From Nitrospirota bacterium (GTDB lineage: Bacteria; Nitrospirota; UBA9217), in the NCBI GenBank assembly GCA_035623825.1, contig DASPSR010000060.1, positions 13,954 through 77,953 on the forward strand: a stretch of 64,000 bases of DNA, given 5' to 3'. The notes under the pieces are model-generated. The model was not told the DNA's origin. It did no database searches and saw nothing but the letters and a program-made list of their open reading frames with translations. The position numbers and the translations under genes were made by a program. Positions 62,456-64,000 of this stretch are shown one piece after another (positions within the stretch are counted from its first letter, which is position 1; every line of letters starts with the position of its first letter).

Positions 62456-64000
62456 TTATTGGCTCTTTACATCCTCTTCCCTATCCACCTTCACTTCGAC
62501 AAGATGTTTGATTTTTGGGAGCAAGGAAGTTGCTGACGGGTATGCATTACCGGACGCGGTGCCTATCTTCTGTTCCTCATTATAGAGCGCTTTGACTCCC
62601 TTCATTACATCGTCAACAAAGGCTTTGATATATGCGTCTCTGTTCGCGCCTCGGACCCTTAATTTCCCGAAGACAACCCGGGAGCTATTATCGACAAAGA
62701 ATACTCTCGCCTTTTCATCGCTCCCCCGTATTATGACCGCCGCAAACTGTACACTAACCACATCCCCCTTTTCGCCGATAAGGCCCAATACGATCTGTTT
62801 GAGAAGGCTTGGTCTTCCCTCGTTTTCAACAGGCGTTTCGTTCTTGAGGAACCTCCATGGCGCATATGCTGCGTAGCGAGCGTCGAGTTCTGACGATAAT
62901 TTATTGTATTCTGGAGTATCATATCGTCCGGCAAGGTTTAGGACATGTGCCTGATCATCCAGGAGCGCGGCCTTCAGATTCTTTTCCCACTTGTTCTTCT
63001 GTTTGGCCCGTCCGACCGCATCGGCGGGGGCATTCAGATACGGGAGAATGCTTTCCCGGTATTTGACCAAATCGTATACGTTGGTGCCCATGAGGCGGCT
63101 CCTTCCGATGCTATGGGGTGCTGAAAATTCGAGGTACAGATTGTTATCAGTATTGATCCTTCCCCCGTAGCTGTAAGCCTTCGCGCCTTCGGTCCCCATC
63201 ACGAAATAGCTCAGGAAATCCTCAGCCGACCCCATCTTGACCCGGTCCAGGTCCTGCAAGACCTCCGGCACCCTGATTCGCCGCTCTAACTCCACTTCGT
63301 CGATAATGATGGGGGAGTTGCTGCCGACCAGTTCTGCGTCATCGTGGGTAAGCCAAACCATGATGAATGAGAAGTTATCTCTCAGGGTCGCGACAACGGA
63401 TTTGAGATTTTCTTCGGTAAGTTCGTACAGGGGAAGCCACTGGCACACGATGCCGCCGGGGTTGAGATGTCGCGCGGCAAGCTTGAAATACTCAGTGGAA
63501 TAGAGGTATCCGGCCCCGCTGAACCACGGATGGATCGGATCGGCGGTGATGACGTCGAACTTCTCCGTCGTGGTCAGCAGGAAATTCCGGCCGTCGTTGA
63601 AGACGATCTTGAGTTTCGGATTATGGAGGGCATAGTGGTTGTAAATACCGAACGTTCTTGCGACGCCGAGCACCTTCGGTTCGATCTCGGCAAGCGTGAC
63701 CTGTTCCACGCCAGGGTGCACTAAGGTCGCCCCCAGGGTCATCCCGCTCCCCGTACCGAGCACGAACACTTTCTTCGGATTCTTGTTGAGCAGCATAGGC
63801 AGGTGGCCTAAAGTATACTGACACTGCATGCCTTCATTGCTGTTCGACGCCTCTACCCTGCCGTTCGTTATAAAATACTGGGCCTCCCCCGATTTGATAG
63901 AGCTCACGATTGCCTGGACGCCCTCCCCATAATAAAGGACGTCATTATTTTCCATGGCTTCCCGTATCTTCTCCGGCGTGCCGTACATCTCGGGGTGGTT
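62456..64000 (-). CDS. Spermidine synthase-like domain protein (probably membrane-fused; 5' end outside window)
   Basis: VFVLGTGSG, EIEPKV, NDGRNFL, FDVITADP, LNPGG..CQW. Confidence 0.85.
   Translation of the reverse strand, partial: NHPEMYGTPEKIREAMENNDVLYYGEGVQAIVSSIKSGEAQYFITNGRVEASNSNEGMQCQYTLGHLPMLLNKNPKKVFVLGTGSGMTLGATLVHPGVEQVTLAEIEPKVLGVARTFGIYNHYALHNPKLKIVFNDGRNFLLTTTEKFDVITADPIHPWFSGAGYLYSTEYFKLAARHLNPGGIVCQWLPLYELTEENLKSVVATLRDNFSFIMVWLTHDDAELVGSNSPIIIDEVELERRIRVPEVLQDLDRVKMGSAEDFLSYFVMGTEGAKAYSYGGRINTDNNLYLEFSAPHSIGRSRLMGTNVYDLVKYRESILPYLNAPADAVGRAKQKNKWEKNLKAALLDDQAHVLNLAGRYDTPEYNKLSSELDARYAAYAPWRFLKNETPVENEGRPSLLKQIVLGLIGEKGDVVSVQFAAVIIRGSDEKARVFFVDNSSRVVFGKLRVRGANRDAYIKAFVDDVMKGVKALYNEEQKIGTASGNAYPSATSLLPKIKHLVEVKVDREEDVKSQ

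Noticed and set aside
1-64000. CRISPR array, prophage, rRNA or integrase gene
   Set aside because: No regularly spaced repeats and no such genes recognised; the GH25 lysozyme has no holin or phage context.

Overview
A 64-kb window from a Gram-negative anaerobe, most plausibly a deltaproteobacterium (Desulfobacterota/Syntrophorhabdus-like; inferred from gene content only). The left 19.5 kb holds tatA, mscS, glgP/glgC, a USP, two gene remnants and an aryl-acid cluster (paaI, two paaK, iorAB, amidohydrolase). The rest is a mosaic of about 40 mostly single, functionally unrelated accessory genes, about three quarters on the minus strand, plus an RND efflux operon. The main unexplained signal is a set of five or six degenerate copies of the 3' half or anticodon arm of an initiator tRNA-Met (at about 19.7, 20.4, 37.8, 53.0, 53.9 and 62.4 kb). 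All are co-oriented and intergenic, and some have IHF-like sites, shared 11-bp motifs or a shared ~90-bp arm. No intact tRNA or integrase is present in the window. This looks like a long, repeatedly used tRNA-anchored integration array, possibly of gene-sized units. All product calls come from motif recognition by eye; no database searches were run.
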